A DNA stretch of 64,000 nt, from positions 190,340,001 through 190,404,000 of the forward strand of contig NC_042997.1 in assembly GCF_006345805.1 (NCBI RefSeq), written 5' to 3'. Positions within the stretch are counted from its first letter, which is position 1; each line of letters opens with the position of its first letter. The notes under the pieces are model-generated. The model ran no database searches, had not been told where the DNA came from, and worked only from the letters and a program-made list of their open reading frames with translations. Shown here in pieces: positions 27,211 to 40,969 of this stretch. Source of the DNA: Octopus sinensis (Eukaryota). The position numbers and the translations under genes were made by a program.

Positions 27211-27990
27211 GTGTGAGTGTGTGTATGTATATATCTATCTGTCTATCTCCATATTCATGTATGTAGCAGGGTTCTATGAAATAAGATTTTAGTTGTTTCT
27301 CATTTTAAGGGCCAAATAACCTCCACACCTCATCTTACCTCCATTTTCTCGACTCATGTCATGTACATGTCGTTCAGAAAGCAGTTTGCATTTCTGCTGA
27401 ATCTTTTTTAACACTTTCAAGGTCATTCACTTATTATCATCATTATTATTATTATTATTATTACTATTATTATTATTATTATTTTGATGACATAACAATT
27501 CTATAATTACATAAGAGATTCTCAGTCATACAGCTTAATTTAATTCACATCTTTCGATGGGGAACTTACTTATCTACAATTTTCAATGCATTTTCCAGCA
27601 CCATTTCATAATTGTAGACTGTAAATTATAAACCCCCACTGCTACTCACGAAAAACCACTAAACTGACGAATCATTTCCATTACACATGTTAAAGAATAT
27701 GCGTTCTTTAGACGTTATATTTTAGATAGCGAAAACCCCTGCCGATTGTATTCTTTCCAGATGTCTGCTAAGTTCGCCGGATGACGCCTAGCAAATCGGC
27801 TTACTGCAATCTGTTCCTTTCGTAATTTGACTTCAAACCAACGACACTGATGACGATAAAAGTATTTCATTTCAAATATACGTTCACATTAGATCAACCT
27901 GCGCTCCTTTGTTCGGAATCTATTGTCTTTTCAGCAGGCATTTAAACAACGTTCTATGCACACTATACATGGATATGCATATGTAAGATG

Positions 27991-28034
<44 letters not shown>

Positions 28035-28059
28035 TATATATATAATTATATATATGATC

Positions 28060-28670
28060 GTTTTTACTTCTTTCAGGCATTAGTCTGTAGACATGCTGGA
28101 GCATCACCTTCAGGAATTTTAGTCGGAATTGTCGGCTTCAGTACTGAACTATTTCAAAGCCTGGTTCTTACTTTATCGGTTTTTCTTGCAAAACTGCTAC
28201 GTCACGGAGACGTAAATACAGCAACACAGTTTCTGAAGAGATGATGGGATACAATGACAGATAGACACACACTCATGCACACATACACAAAAACATACGC
28301 GCGCGCACACACACACACACACCACACACACACACACACACACAAGCAACAAGGATATCCAGTGGTAATGCAGTACAATCGTTTCATGCAACTCCATTTA
28401 ACTGAACAATGCAATCATTACATCAATTTCAAATGCAGAGCAATCTTTAGTTGCGCAAAGACACAGAATTTAATTAAATTAGAACAGATGGACAGATTAA
28501 TATAATTATATATAATTGTATATATATATATATGCGACGGGCTTCTTCAAGTTTCGCCTACCAAAACCACTCACAAGTCTTCAGTTGGCACTAGGCTTTA
28601 GTAAAAGTTACTGTCCCAAGGTGCTACGCAGTGGGACTGAAACTGGGGTCATGTTGCTTGGAAGCAATAT
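28060..28670 (-). mobile_element. diverged SINE B split at its internal microsatellite
   Basis: Tail half at 28060-28270, head half at 28530-28670, with about 250 bp between. Confidence 0.6.
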
Positions 28671-28721
28671 AACAGTCTCTACTCTCTCTTTCTCTCTTAC
28701 TCACCAAATCTCTCTCTCTGC

Positions 28722-28759
<38 letters not shown>

Positions 28760-28779
28760 TTGTACTTGTATGTATGTGT

Positions 28780-28990
28780 GTGTTTGTATGTCTGTGTTCC
28801 CCCCCCCCAACTCGCTTGACAACCGATGCTGGTGTGTTTACGTCGCCGTAACTTAGCGGTTTGGCATAAGAGTCCGATAGAATAAGTATTAGGCTTACAA
28901 AGAATAAGTCCAGGGGTCGATTTGCTCTCGACTAAAAGCGGTGCCCCAGCATGGCCATAGTCAAATGACTGAAACAAGTAAAAGAGTAAA
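28780..28990 (+). mobile_element. SINE B 3' half
   Basis: CTTGACAACCGATGCTGGTG...GACTGAAACAAGTAAAAGAG. Confidence 0.8.
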
Positions 28991-29179
28991 GAGGAAAAGA
29001 GTATATATATATAAGTACACACACACAGACACTTGTGTGGGTGAAGTGCACGTGGTAATTTTCTGTTTTCGTTACAATTATGGGTTATGTTCCACATTAC
29101 ACGAAGAATAACTAATTAGGTTCTTAACATTTACATCAGCACGCCACACCCCACACACATATGCACGTGTGTGTTTGTG

Positions 29180-29907
29180 CATATATTTATATAAATATGT
29201 ATTTATATATATGTGCATGTATCTCTCTCTCTATATATATATATGTGTATATATATATATATATATATTATATATGTATAATTATATATATATTATATAT
29301 TATATATATATATAATATATATATATATATATGTATATATAATGTATATATATATATATGTATATATATATATGTATATATATATATATTATATATATAT
29401 ATGTATATATATATATATGTATATATATATATGTATATATATGTATATATATTATATGTATATATATATATGTATATATTGTATATATATATATGTATAT
29501 ATATATATGTATATATATATATGTATATATATATGTATATATATATATGTATATATATATGTATATATATATACATATGTATATATATATACATATGTAT
29601 ATATATATATGTATATATATATGTATATATATATAATATATGTAATATATGTATATATATATAGTATATATATATATTATTATATATATATATGTATATA
29701 TATATACATATGTATATATATATATAATTATATATATATGTATATATATATGTATATATATGTATATATATATATGTATATATATGTATATATATGTGTA
29801 TATATATATATTGTATATATATTATGTATATATATATGTATATATATATATATTATATATATAATGTATATATATATATGTATATATAATATATGTATAT
29901 ATATGTA

Positions 29908-29945
<38 letters not shown>

Positions 29946-29966
29946 GTATATATATATATACATATG

Positions 29967-29997
<31 letters not shown>

Positions 29998-30048
29998 GTA
30001 TATATATATGTATGCATATATATATGTATATATATATATATGTATGTA

Positions 30049-30092
<44 letters not shown>
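29180..30092. repeat. about 900-bp interrupted (TA)n/(TATG) tract
   Basis: Read directly. Confidence 0.95.
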
Positions 30093-30096
<4 letters not shown>

Positions 30097-30662
30097 GATC
30101 GTACTTAATAGACATCAGCCCTAAGACAGAACACAAATTAGTGATATAAAAGCAAGTTGATACTGCTGAGGATGTTGATGATGATGATGATGATGATTGT
30201 GATGGTGGTGATGATCATGATGACAAGGAAGATAAGCGCGTTGTTGCTGATTGTACACACATGCGCTCGCTCTCACTGACATACAGACACACACACACAC
30301 ATACACATATATGCGTTTTTGCAAATTCTGTAATTACGCGTGCGCATATCCGTCTGCAGCTCCATCAACAGGGTTTTATAGAATTAACGCAAACTTCTAA
30401 GAATTTTACATGAGCAAATTATATATTTTCCAGTATCAAATTTCATCGCCGAATGGCTTTAGTCATATCTTCATCTCTATGACTATAACGCATAAAGGAG
30501 TACTGAAATATACCTAAAAAGCTTGTCCCTGAATAATTTTTATATAACCAACGTTGGATTCTGAATCGTAAGGCATTAGTTCGTTGACATATGTGCGAAA
30601 CACATGAACATTACAAATTGTATCTTCGACGCGCTGCAGACAATGAAACTTAGTTATATAAA

Positions 30663-31050
30663 CTAGCAGTATCGCCCGGCGTTGCTCGGGTTTGTAAGGG
30701 AAATAACTATAAAACATTTTTAGCAAAAAAAAAATAGCAAAACAAATGCATTAAAAATGGAAAAAATATGATGGTAAATTTTTTTAAATCGTTGACTCAT
30801 CGTAGACATTTTTAGAGAGTTACTTCCCTTATATTTAAAAAAAATATGCATTAAAATGGAAAAAAATGATGGTAAATTATTTTTTAAATCGTAGACTCAT
30901 CGTAGACGCGCGTTAATACCCAGAAGGGCTCGATATGAATCACGACTATAAGATACCCGGTTTTGGTTAAACTGCACCGCAAAATGTGGGAGTAGTTAGG
31001 AATCTAAATCGGAGTAGACAGACACACAACCTTACTTTTATATATAAAGA
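30663..31050 (-). mobile_element. non-autonomous Helitron (388 bp)
   Basis: Minus strand A|TCTTTATATATAAAAG...CCCGAGCAACGCCGGG hairpin...CTAG|T, i.e. canonical 5' TC, 3' CTAG, A|T target and no TSD. Confidence 0.85.
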
Positions 31051-31051
31051 T

Positions 31052-31240
31052 GTGACCGCGTGTGTACCGTTGGTGATTTTTTCCCTCCGTCTTCCCTTCT
31101 TTGGATCTTTCCTTTTCCTATGTTTCTGACGAAGAGCTCCACTCGAAACGTTAAACCTTCCTTCTTTCCTTCATTCGTGAGCGTTCAATAACACTATACT
31201 TGTTCCACGTCCTCACGTTGTTGAGTTTTCATGTTTGGAT

Positions 31241-31245
<5 letters not shown>
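31052..31245 (+). mobile_element. Penelope-like fragment with minimal hammerhead core
   Basis: GTTT-CTGACGA-AGAGCTCCACTC-GAAAC-GTT-AAAC; homologous to 32945-33140 (-) and 6615-6675. Confidence 0.6.
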
Positions 31246-31300
<55 letters not shown>

Positions 31301-31606
31301 GTATTAGTATAACGCTCGGAATTGAAAAAGTCTAACATTTCGAATATATGTGTGTGTGTGTGTATGCATTCTTTTATTATTTTACTTGTTTCAGTCATTT
31401 GACTGCGGCCATGCTGGAAAACCGCCTTTAGTCGAATAAATCGGCCCCATGACTTATTTATTCTATCAGTCTCATTTTGCTGAACCGTTAAGTTAGGGGG
31501 ACGTAGACACACCAACGGGACAAACACAGACATACAAATACATACAGATTCGAACTCACAACCTCACGATCGTAAGCTCGACGCTCTCACCACTGAACAA
31601 TGCGCC

Positions 31607-31641
<35 letters not shown>

Positions 31642-31648
<7 letters not shown>

Positions 31649-31942
31649 ACCGACCAGAATATCAGATGTTGCTACACATTGCTGGTCACAATGCGCTTCG
31701 CATTGTTTTAGCCTTCAAATGACGCCACCCCGCTGGCTAAACGAGCAGGCCAACAGAAGAAAGAGTGAGAGAAAGTTGTGGCGAAAGTGTAAAATAGGGA
31801 CCGCCACCACTCCTTGCCGGAGCCTCGTGGAGCTTTAGGTGTTTTCGCTTAATAAACACTCACAACGCCCGGTCTGGGAAATGAAACCGCGATCCTACGA
31901 CCGCGAGTCCGCTGCCCTAACAACTGGGCCATTGCGCCTCCA

Positions 31943-31943
<1 letters not shown>
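31642..31943 (-). mobile_element. SINE, core C + tail T3
   Basis: Reverse complement of the 17633 copy; inserted in (TA)n. Confidence 0.85.
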
Positions 31944-31992
<49 letters not shown>

Positions 31993-32282
31993 ATGTATAT
32001 GTATGTATATATATGTATATATATATGTAGACACATACACACATAATAAATCGAGATGAAAGAAATACATTTTACGTCTAGAATCGTAGTAGAGGCGAAT
32101 GCAAGAGCAGCTGGAAATAGCTTCAAATACAATTGCCCTTGGAAACTTAAGGCTTTCTATCAAAGGGTGGATCTGTGATAAGTAATACCATAATATATGA
32201 GAGAAAATTCAAACAAGTTAAGGTTTGCTGATTTTGGTCTTCTCTTTGAAGTGATTTAGTAATCACGAGTCACGAGAAAAAG

Positions 32283-32324
<42 letters not shown>

Positions 32325-32833
32325 ATAACTATATGCATGCCTTTCAGCATGTTTATTTATCTATGTGTATATTTCTGCCGTTTTAATGCAGGTTCTTATT
32401 TCTTATCTTGTGTACGATTTGCAACACACAAACACTTACATATACATATACTTATTCTAGCTCGAGCATGCATAGATGTGAGCAAGTGTGTGAGTACACA
32501 ATTACGATAGAAGTAGTTAAGAACTTATAGATATAAATGATGCATATTTACACATACACACGTGTCTACTGATGCCAATTTATATACACTTAAAATCTTA
32601 GTTATATATTATTGCAAACCTCTTTACTATATATATATATTATCATCATGTTGAATGCTTATCCCTACGTATTTCCTTCTCTCCGTTTTTATTTTTCGTT
32701 CTCTCTTCACTTTTTTCGCTGTCAGCCCATTTCTCGAAAAGCGTAGGCTCAAAAGGTCAAAGACCTTTGCATTCTTCCCGAGCGTCAAACACAGCTTGTT
32801 GTTCCCTCACCTCGTCTTTTTTCTATAAATTTG

Positions 32834-32906
<73 letters not shown>

Positions 32907-32944
32907 TAGATAGATAGATGATAGATAGATAGATAGATAGATAT

Positions 32945-33140
32945 AATCCAAACATGAAAACACAACAACGCGAGGACGTAGAACAAGTATAGTGTTATTG
33001 GACGCTCAGGAAAGGAAAGAAAGAAGGAGGATTTAACGTTTTGAGCGGAGCTCTTCGTCAGAAACATAGGAAAAGGAAAGATCCAAGGAAGGGAAGACGG
33101 AGGAAAAATATCGCCAACGGTACACACGCGGTCACATTTT
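32945..33140 (-). mobile_element. Penelope-like fragment with minimal hammerhead core
   Basis: Minus strand GTTT-CTGACGA-AGAGCTCCGCTC-AAAAC-GTT-AAAT (GAAA changed to AAAA). Confidence 0.6.
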
Positions 33141-33158
33141 GAATATATATATATATAT

Positions 33159-33475
33159 GGTGAAGGTGCATGGTTCAGTGGCTAGAACGTGTAGTTTACA
33201 ATCGTGAGGCTGTGAGTTCGATTCCCGGACCGGGCTGCGTGTTGTGTTCTTGAGCAAGACACTTTATTTCTCATTGCTCCTGTTAGGGTTGGGATTAAGG
33301 TTAGCTGTATCGGCTTTTGCCTTTCATTTGGATAATATCACAGGTGTGGAGAGGGGAGGCTGGGATGCATGGGCAAATGCTGGTTTTCCATAAACAACCT
33401 TGCCCGGACTTGTGCCTGGGAGGGTAACTTTCTAGATGCAATCCCATGGTCATTCACGACCGAAGGGGGGTCTCC
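33159..33475 (+). mobile_element. SINE, core D + tail T4
   Basis: D core, then GGAGAGGGGAGGCTGG...CAACCTTGCCCGGAC...GACCGAAGGGGGTCTC; copies at 42565 and 50786. Confidence 0.8.
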
Positions 33476-33477
33476 TC

Positions 33478-33509
<32 letters not shown>

Positions 33510-33514
<5 letters not shown>

Positions 33515-33945
33515 TTCTCTGTGTTTGTGAAATTCTTGTATCTGTGGCGTAAGGCTTCATTTCCACACACGCCAGCTGAATTCAATTCGTCCCCAGTCGG
33601 AAGACACCTGTTGTTATGTCCTGTTATTATTATTTTTATTGTATTTATATTGTATATATATTTGTGTAACATTGTCTATTTACCCTTGTTTTCGTGTACA
33701 TTCGTTGCTTTCTTCCAAGGAATCTAATGTTCTTAGTTTAGTTTTTCCTTGGGGCTGGTCAGATTGGAGCAATCTCAAGATTAATCAGCCGAAATTCGAG
33801 GATGATCTGGTTCTTGACTGAGGATAGAAAGCTTCGAATGACCCGTCCATGTTTTTTTTTGTATCGTCTATCTGGATATTTTGTGGCCCTTTTTGTATCA
33901 CTTAGTTGTCCGGATGTTTTGCGTTCTTGTCCCATTTTGTATTAT
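33510..33945 (+). mobile_element. longest copy of family P3
   Basis: Flanked by (TA)n on both sides; reverse complement of about 51455-51830. Confidence 0.7.
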
Positions 33946-33958
33946 ATATATAGCCAAA

Positions 33959-33998
<40 letters not shown>

Positions 33999-34576
33999 CA
34001 CACACACACATATGTATATATACATACACTATGTGTGTGTATGCATATATACTGACACGCTCAGACACTCGGGGATAGTACATGAACGGTAGTGAATGCT
34101 GCAAGATCAACTCGGCATTTTGAAAGAAACATTATTCGAATGTATGTGACATGACTGATGAATGTCCAGTCTTTGAAGCATACTAAAATTCTAATTTTCT
34201 CAAATTCATTACAGAGGCGTATAAAAATCAATACAAGTAATGAGAGAAATATATGAATCGTACGCGGTTTTATGTTTTCAGAATTTATTCACTTGCATCG
34301 GAATATTAAAATAAGAAACACGTTTTAATCTTTTTAAAAAAAAATATTTTCAAAGGAGTGTTCTTGCACTTTTCCTTTATTCTTCATTTTGTGCACGACC
34401 CTGAGTGCATTTTCATTTCATCTTCTGACTAGCGTAACGTTTTCCCTCCCTTCGGATCTGCTTCCATTACCATATGCTTAATATATGCAAAAATTCTGGA
34501 ATCATCATTGAGATATTGAGATCTTTCTGTAGTTTCCGTCTCAGTGACATCTGTTCTCCTGTTTGGTTATCATTCT

Positions 34577-34577
<1 letters not shown>

Positions 34578-34643
<66 letters not shown>

Positions 34644-34737
34644 TAGTTACATATAGTACATGTAATTATATATATATATATTATATATATATATATTATA
34701 TATATATAAATATATAGTTACATATAGTACATGTAAT

Positions 34738-34783
<46 letters not shown>

Positions 34784-34800
34784 GTTACATATAGTACATG

Positions 34801-34848
<48 letters not shown>
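34578..34848. repeat. (TA)n with three copies of ATAGTTACATATAGTACATGTAATT
   Basis: Read directly. Confidence 0.85.
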
Positions 34849-34885
<37 letters not shown>

Positions 34886-35265
34886 TAGGAGTGGCTGTGT
34901 GGTAAGTAGCTTGCTTACGAACCACATGCGTGTCACCTTGGGCAAGTGTCTTCTACTATTTGCCTCGTGCCGACCAAAGCCTTCTGAGTGGATTTGGTAG
35001 ACGGAAACTGAAAGAAGCCCGTCGTATATATGTATATATATATGCATGTGTGCGTGTATATGTTTGTGTGTCTGTGTCTGTCTTCCCAACATCACTTGAC
35101 AACCGATGCTGGTGTGTTCACGTTCCCGTAACTTAGCGGTTCGGCAAAAGAGACCGGTAGGATAAGTACTAAGCTTACAAAGAATAAGTCCTGGGGTCAA
35201 TTTGCTCGACTAAAGGCGGTGCTCGAGCATGGCCACAGTTAAATGACTGAAACAAGTAAAAGGTT
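34886..35265 (+). mobile_element. SINE family B
   Basis: AGGAGTGGCTGTGTGGTAAGTAGC...CACCTTGGGCAAGTGTCTTC...GAAACAAGTAAAAG. Confidence 0.85.
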
Positions 35266-35889
35266 AATAGAGAATATGTATATCTAAAGCATTATGTATT
35301 ATAGTCGAGGTAGCGTATCTAGGGCCATATAATCTTAGTCATGACTTATTGGTGCAATTTTGTTTGAGGAGCTACAATCAGATATAGAGTTTTAAAATAA
35401 TGAGAAGGAAGAGAAGAAAATTTGAATATGAATTGTGGATTAAATAGTAATCCATTGTGAAGACAGTTGTGAAGCTTGCCTGATATTTTTGTAGACATTT
35501 CCAAAAAGAGTTTATTTTTTAATTTATCTTTCTGTATAAGAGTTTGGATATTGGGTACGAAACTTAGAATGTCAAGTGTCGGATGGTCAGGTGAGTTTTC
35601 AAACATTTATAGTTGGTATGTTAATACAGCACCTACAGGCAGAGAGGTTTGTTTGCAAAAAGACAGAATGTGGGAAGAGCGATTGCATTTCGCTGCTAAA
35701 ATAAAACAGCATGAACTATACTTTACTTGAAGTAAGAAGAAACCTACATGGACAAGTTACAACTTTGTGTTTATGTGGCATATACGAATGTCTCTCGGTC
35801 CTCCATATTCATCAACACAGGTAACTTAAAATATTTGAAACTAGATACGAAGCTTCTAAGGGGCAGAACGATCTCATAGTACTATACTT

Positions 35890-36101
35890 TACTATTTTAC
35901 TCTTTTACTTGTTTCAGTCATTTGACTGTGGCCATGCTGGAGCACCGCCTTTAGTCGAACGAATCGACCCCAGGACTTAGTCTTTGTAATCCTAGTACTT
36001 ATTCTACCGTCTCTTTTGCCGAACCGCTAAGTGACGGGGACATAAACACACCAGCATCGGTTATCAAGCGATGTTGGGGGGACAAACACAGACACACACA
36101 C

Positions 36102-36150
<49 letters not shown>

Positions 36151-36315
36151 TACGACGGGCTTCTTTCAGTTTCCGTCTACCAAATCCACTCACAAGGCTT
36201 TGTTCGGCCCGAGGCTATAGCAGAAGACACCTGCCCAAGGTGCCACGCAGTGGGACTGAACTCAGAACCATGTGGTTCGTAAGCAAGCTACTTACCACAC
36301 AGCCAGTCCTACGCC
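35890..36315 (-). mobile_element. full-length SINE family B
   Basis: Head, CORE-like block, internal microsatellite and tail all present. Confidence 0.9.
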
Positions 36316-36797
36316 TATGAAAACTTTCTGCAGCAATAATAGCATCAGTAATATACGTAAAATACATTTATCAATCAGAAATAAGTACTAAAATAATGTA
36401 TGCAATATCACACCACTCTGCCACCAAACAAATAAACATCAATTTACGGTGTTTTTACCGAGAATATAAGCGCGTTATTATTCACAAATGTGAGTTTCAG
36501 TGCGAGAAGATCCCTTTCCACGACGACAATGAAAAAATTACATCTGTTGCAGACTTCTTTTTATCCGTTATTTGCAAGGTAAAATGAATCTAATCGAATA
36601 GTATCTGGAACATGTTTAATGTAGATAAATCTGTATTCATTTGGAAGCCTCAAATAGGAAGATTGCCGGCGATGTGAAAATATCCTACTTTTGTCGAAAA
36701 GAAACAGGAAAAAAGTCCCCAAAAGAATCAATAATTTGATTCAGAGATGGCTGTCCATTCCTTAGAGAAGATGTAAGCTTTCATCGGCTACCTGGAG

Positions 36798-36840
<43 letters not shown>

Positions 36841-38303
36841 GTGTGTGTGTGTGTATACGTGTCTGCATGCATATAATGGTATACAAATACTTATCTGTTA
36901 ATACTTAATTTCCATAAAGCTAAGCCTATAAAGATTGAAATTTAAAATAAAACCCAATGTTTAATTGTATTGATCTTAAAATTTAAAATGTGATCAATTG
37001 TATGATTAAATATGGCGAAGTATTTTAATAGCCACTCAAATTGGACAGTAGATGACGTGTCAAACTTTTGCTTGATTGAGTGTAGCGAAGTATATATGCC
37101 ACTTATCTCTTTATTAGGCAGACATAACTTATTAACAGAAAGCTTGTACACTAATGAATAGTGTAAGATTAATGCTGTCTTATGTGAATGGTGTACCAGA
37201 TTCACAGATGAATTGTTTACCACTTGAACATATTTGCTATTAATTACATCTAATAGTTGTATCATTTGTAGCATGAGTAAAGGTGTTATTTAGAATTTAG
37301 ATATGCTCCAACTTAACTTAATAAAAAGAAAGCATTAACACGCTTTCTCGTATACGTCTTGATGTATTAGCAAACATTTCGTCAGTATCTATACAAACTG
37401 TTAGCTATGGTACGTTTAACACAAAAATAGCCTTCTTGTATTTACGCTCTTACAGCGCTTAACACTTATAGTAACAATTAAAAGAACAAAGGAATTACAT
37501 GACAGAAAGAAAATACAAATCAATGGCAGCAAAACATTAAAACAACAATAAAGACATTTTTCTTTAGAAAGACAAATAAGCAAAAAAAGCAAAAAGCCAA
37601 AATAACAAAACAATGCAAACGAAGCAAAATAAACAAACCAACAAAAAAAAAAAAAATAAGCAGTGATGTTTTTTCATGATGTTAGACAGAAATAGATGAG
37701 TAAATAAATATCTGCCTGTAAATATTTTCCATCAAAGAGAAGCAGCTAAATACTTCGGTCCTGGAAGTTGGTTGAACGATCAGAAGCAATAAAGACGATT
37801 CAGCCGATGAGAGTGGAATTGTAGATGACAGTTAATAATTCATCGTTTGTTTAATTGTTATTTTATTATATGTCCTGCTAATTTTCAGCTCAAGCTACTT
37901 CACAGTAATTCACAGGCACGTATTGGTAATTAAAACGAGCAGCACACAGCATTCTTTTTTTTTTTTTCATTCTTTAGAGTGACCGAGTGTTTTTTTTAGA
38001 GTAGTCGTTGTCCATCATTAATAAGACCAAACAAGTTCGAAATCATGTGATCTCGTGGTCTCAGTGTTGGAGGTAACAGAGATTTATCTCCCCTCTAGCA
38101 ATATAAAACAAGGGTGCATTTTACACCAAAAAGGCAATACTAGAGTTTTCTCATGGTATCTACTGCAGCGAAATTTGTTCTGATAGAACATCCTCATTCT
38201 CTTTTAAGTGGAGATAAATATTACTTCTCTGAATTATTTCCCATTTTAAAAACAAGATCACCAATTTTGACGAGTAGTGGTTACTCGTTTAAACTGACCT
38301 TAG

Positions 38304-38610
38304 TTTCGGGGTCGATTAAATAAGTACCAGTTACGCACTGGGGTCGATATAATCGACTTAATCCGTCTATCTGTCCTTGTTTGTCCTCTCTGTGTTTAGC
38401 CCCTTGTGGATAGTAAAGAAATAGGTATTTCGTCTGCCGTTACGTTCTGAGTTCAAATTCCGCCGAGGTCGACTTTGCTTTTCATCATTTCGGGGCTGAT
38501 ACATTAAGTACCAGTTACGCACTGGGGTCGATGTAATCGTCTTAATCCGCTTGTCGGTCCTTGCTTGTCCTCTCTGAGTGTAGCCCCTTGTGGGCAATAA
38601 AGAAATAAGA
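38304..38610 (+). mobile_element. headless SINE A dimer
   Basis: Junction AAAGAAATA|GGTATTTCG near 38423. Confidence 0.85.
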
Positions 38611-38731
38611 AACTTGCTTGCCAAACACATGGTTCTGTGTTCACTCGCATAGTTGGCACCTTGGGTGTCTTCTGCTCTATCCTCGGGCTGACCAAAGCTT
38701 TGTGAGTGGATTCTGAAAGAAGCCCATCATG

Positions 38732-38800
<69 letters not shown>

Positions 38801-38827
38801 TGTGTGTGTGTGTGTGTGACTGCGTGT

Positions 38828-39048
38828 GTTTCTTATTTCTTTACTGCCCACAAGGGGATACACACAGAGTGGACAAACAAGGACAGACAAACGGATTAAG
38901 TCGATTATATCGACCCCAGTGCGTAACTGGTATTTATTTAATCGACCCCGAAAGGATAAAAGGCAAAGTCGACCTCGGCAGAATTTAAGACGAAATACTG
39001 TTAAGCATTTTGCCCGGCGTGTTAACGCTACTGCCAGCTTGCCGCCTT
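38828..39048 (-). mobile_element. SINE A
   Basis: Matches family A; inverted relative to 38304-38610. Confidence 0.85.
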
Positions 39049-39219
39049 AACTAGCAAGTTTCTTACCACACAACAAAGCTTGCGTCCATCCACCATGTAG
39101 TTTTGAAAGCTCTGAAAATAGGATATTTTGAAAACGATGACTTAAAAAATATGCACTGGCTCTATATAGTCGTCTTACGCATCTTCTCCAATTCGGAGCA
39201 TTGTGCCTTTGTTAGAAAT

Positions 39220-39527
39220 TGTTGTTTGTTCCTTCTTGAGCCATGCCTGGCTCATATGGGCCGGTTTCCCAGTTTCCTTGGCGTATAGGTTCCCCACCTG
39301 GACGGGACACCGGTCTGTCGCAGATGAGCTGCTAGATGCATGAAGAAAGAGCGAGAGAAAGTTGTAGCGAAAGAGTCAGCAGAAGTTCGCCATTACTTTC
39401 TGCCGGAGCCAACGTGGAGCTTTGGTGTTTCGCTCATAAACACACACATCGCCCGGTCTGAGATTCGAACCCGCGATCCCTCGACCGCGAGTTCGCTGCT
39501 CAAACCACTAGGCCATGTGCCTCCACT
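39220..39527 (-). mobile_element. chimeric SINE, core C variant + T2-like tail
   Basis: 12-bp TSD TTTGTTAGAAAT at 39208-39219 and 39528-39539; tail CCCGTCCAGGTGGGGAACCTATACGCC is related to the D+T2 copies. Confidence 0.85.
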
Positions 39528-39685
39528 TTTGTTAGAAATGAGTATTATTATTGTTATGGCGTGATTTTGGGAAAAAATAGTTTAATCCCTCTCTATATCT
39601 ATTTAACCAAGTGTTTTCCATAGGGTTACGGCCATTTAGCAAGTTACCTTATGCAGTTTTAGTTTCAGTATGCGTAATTTATTGC

Positions 39686-39800
<115 letters not shown>

Positions 39801-40969
39801 CACGTGCACTTCCTCTGTCAACTGTAACCGCCCTGCTCTTACTTTCTTGAATGGGAGGTTGCAGTGCAGTTAAAGTGAATTTCAGCATTAGCACGTACAA
39901 TGTCAACTCCAAACATTTTGTGTCTATATAACTACTGGATATCTGACTCACTCTCCACTTCTTGTTTCCAATCAAGGTTTAATTAATTAGATTTCGGGGT
40001 TGGCTGCTTCTTCCTTTCTTGGCTAGAATACATAATTGAAATAATATTTTTCTAGCTGATTACGGATATAATTTCAGTCAGTTTAAAAGTTTTGCGTCAC
40101 TACCTTTATGTTAGTTTCTACTTAACTGGTTTTGTTTTTAGGCAGAAGGCAACCCTGGGTATTCTCCTCCTTACACCCTATCACCCATCGTCACTCTTGA
40201 ACATTTACTCTAACGTCACCTGTTCTGGACAAAATGTTAAAAGTACACTCCCACCCTCTCTTAAAAAACATTCAGGTTCCTTATTCTCACAGCGATGACT
40301 CCCTATGATTCGTAACCGCAGTAATGAGGCGTTGCATTATCTACGAAGTGTTATTTAAAGACGATAAGAAATCCAATCAGAAATCATCCGAGGCGTGGCT
40401 CTTGCTCGTTGAAAACTTTTTATCAAGTCGACATGTATAATAGACAGTTTTATTGATATTAAGTGTTGCACTTACTCTGCAATACTGCATACTTTAAGTT
40501 TTGAAGTGCTGTTAATAAAGATACGTTTGCCTACTCATTAATACTTTATCGTTTGTATGCATGCGGCAAAGGACGTTGTTCCACTTGCCAGATGTCATTT
40601 ATGCTTATCAAGCCAATAGACCTACTAGACATTTTTATTTATTTGAAGTACTATACTTAACTATATAACATATTGTATAGCTAATAGAGAGCATTGTTTA
40701 AAGTCGTATTTACGGCTTTGCTGAGAAATGTTAGTCATTTTCTTCCAGACCTACGTTCTTAATAATGAGTAATGACATATTTGCAAGGATAATCTTACCA
40801 AAATTTTTTTTAAAATTATTTTTAACGGAAGGTTCAGATTTAACAAAACTCTTGTTTCTACTCTATATTTCAAGAATCTTCTCTGCAGTTAAAATGTTCG
40901 TTTAGTTTCTCAACTCGTGGTTACGAGTACGAGTCCACAAGATGGTGTATTGGAACATTATTATTATAC

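Noticed and set aside
29342-30097. 251-aa ORF and the many other Y/I/C/V/H/T-rich ORFs
   Set aside because: Stop-free translations of (TA)n, (CA)n and (TATG)n microsatellites.
33815-33850. Hammerhead in family P3 (CTGAGGA...GAATGAC)
   Set aside because: GAAA core is GAAT in most copies and stem II is poor, so it is not called a ribozyme.
35541-35590. Possible plus-strand micro-exon (FGYWVRNLECQVSDGQ) before CAG|GTGAGT
   Set aside because: Weak AAG acceptor, very short, no partner exons; such donors occur by chance.
40370-40402. CCAAT box next to GGCGTGGC as a promoter
   Set aside because: Short motifs only, with no associated gene or CpG-rich context.
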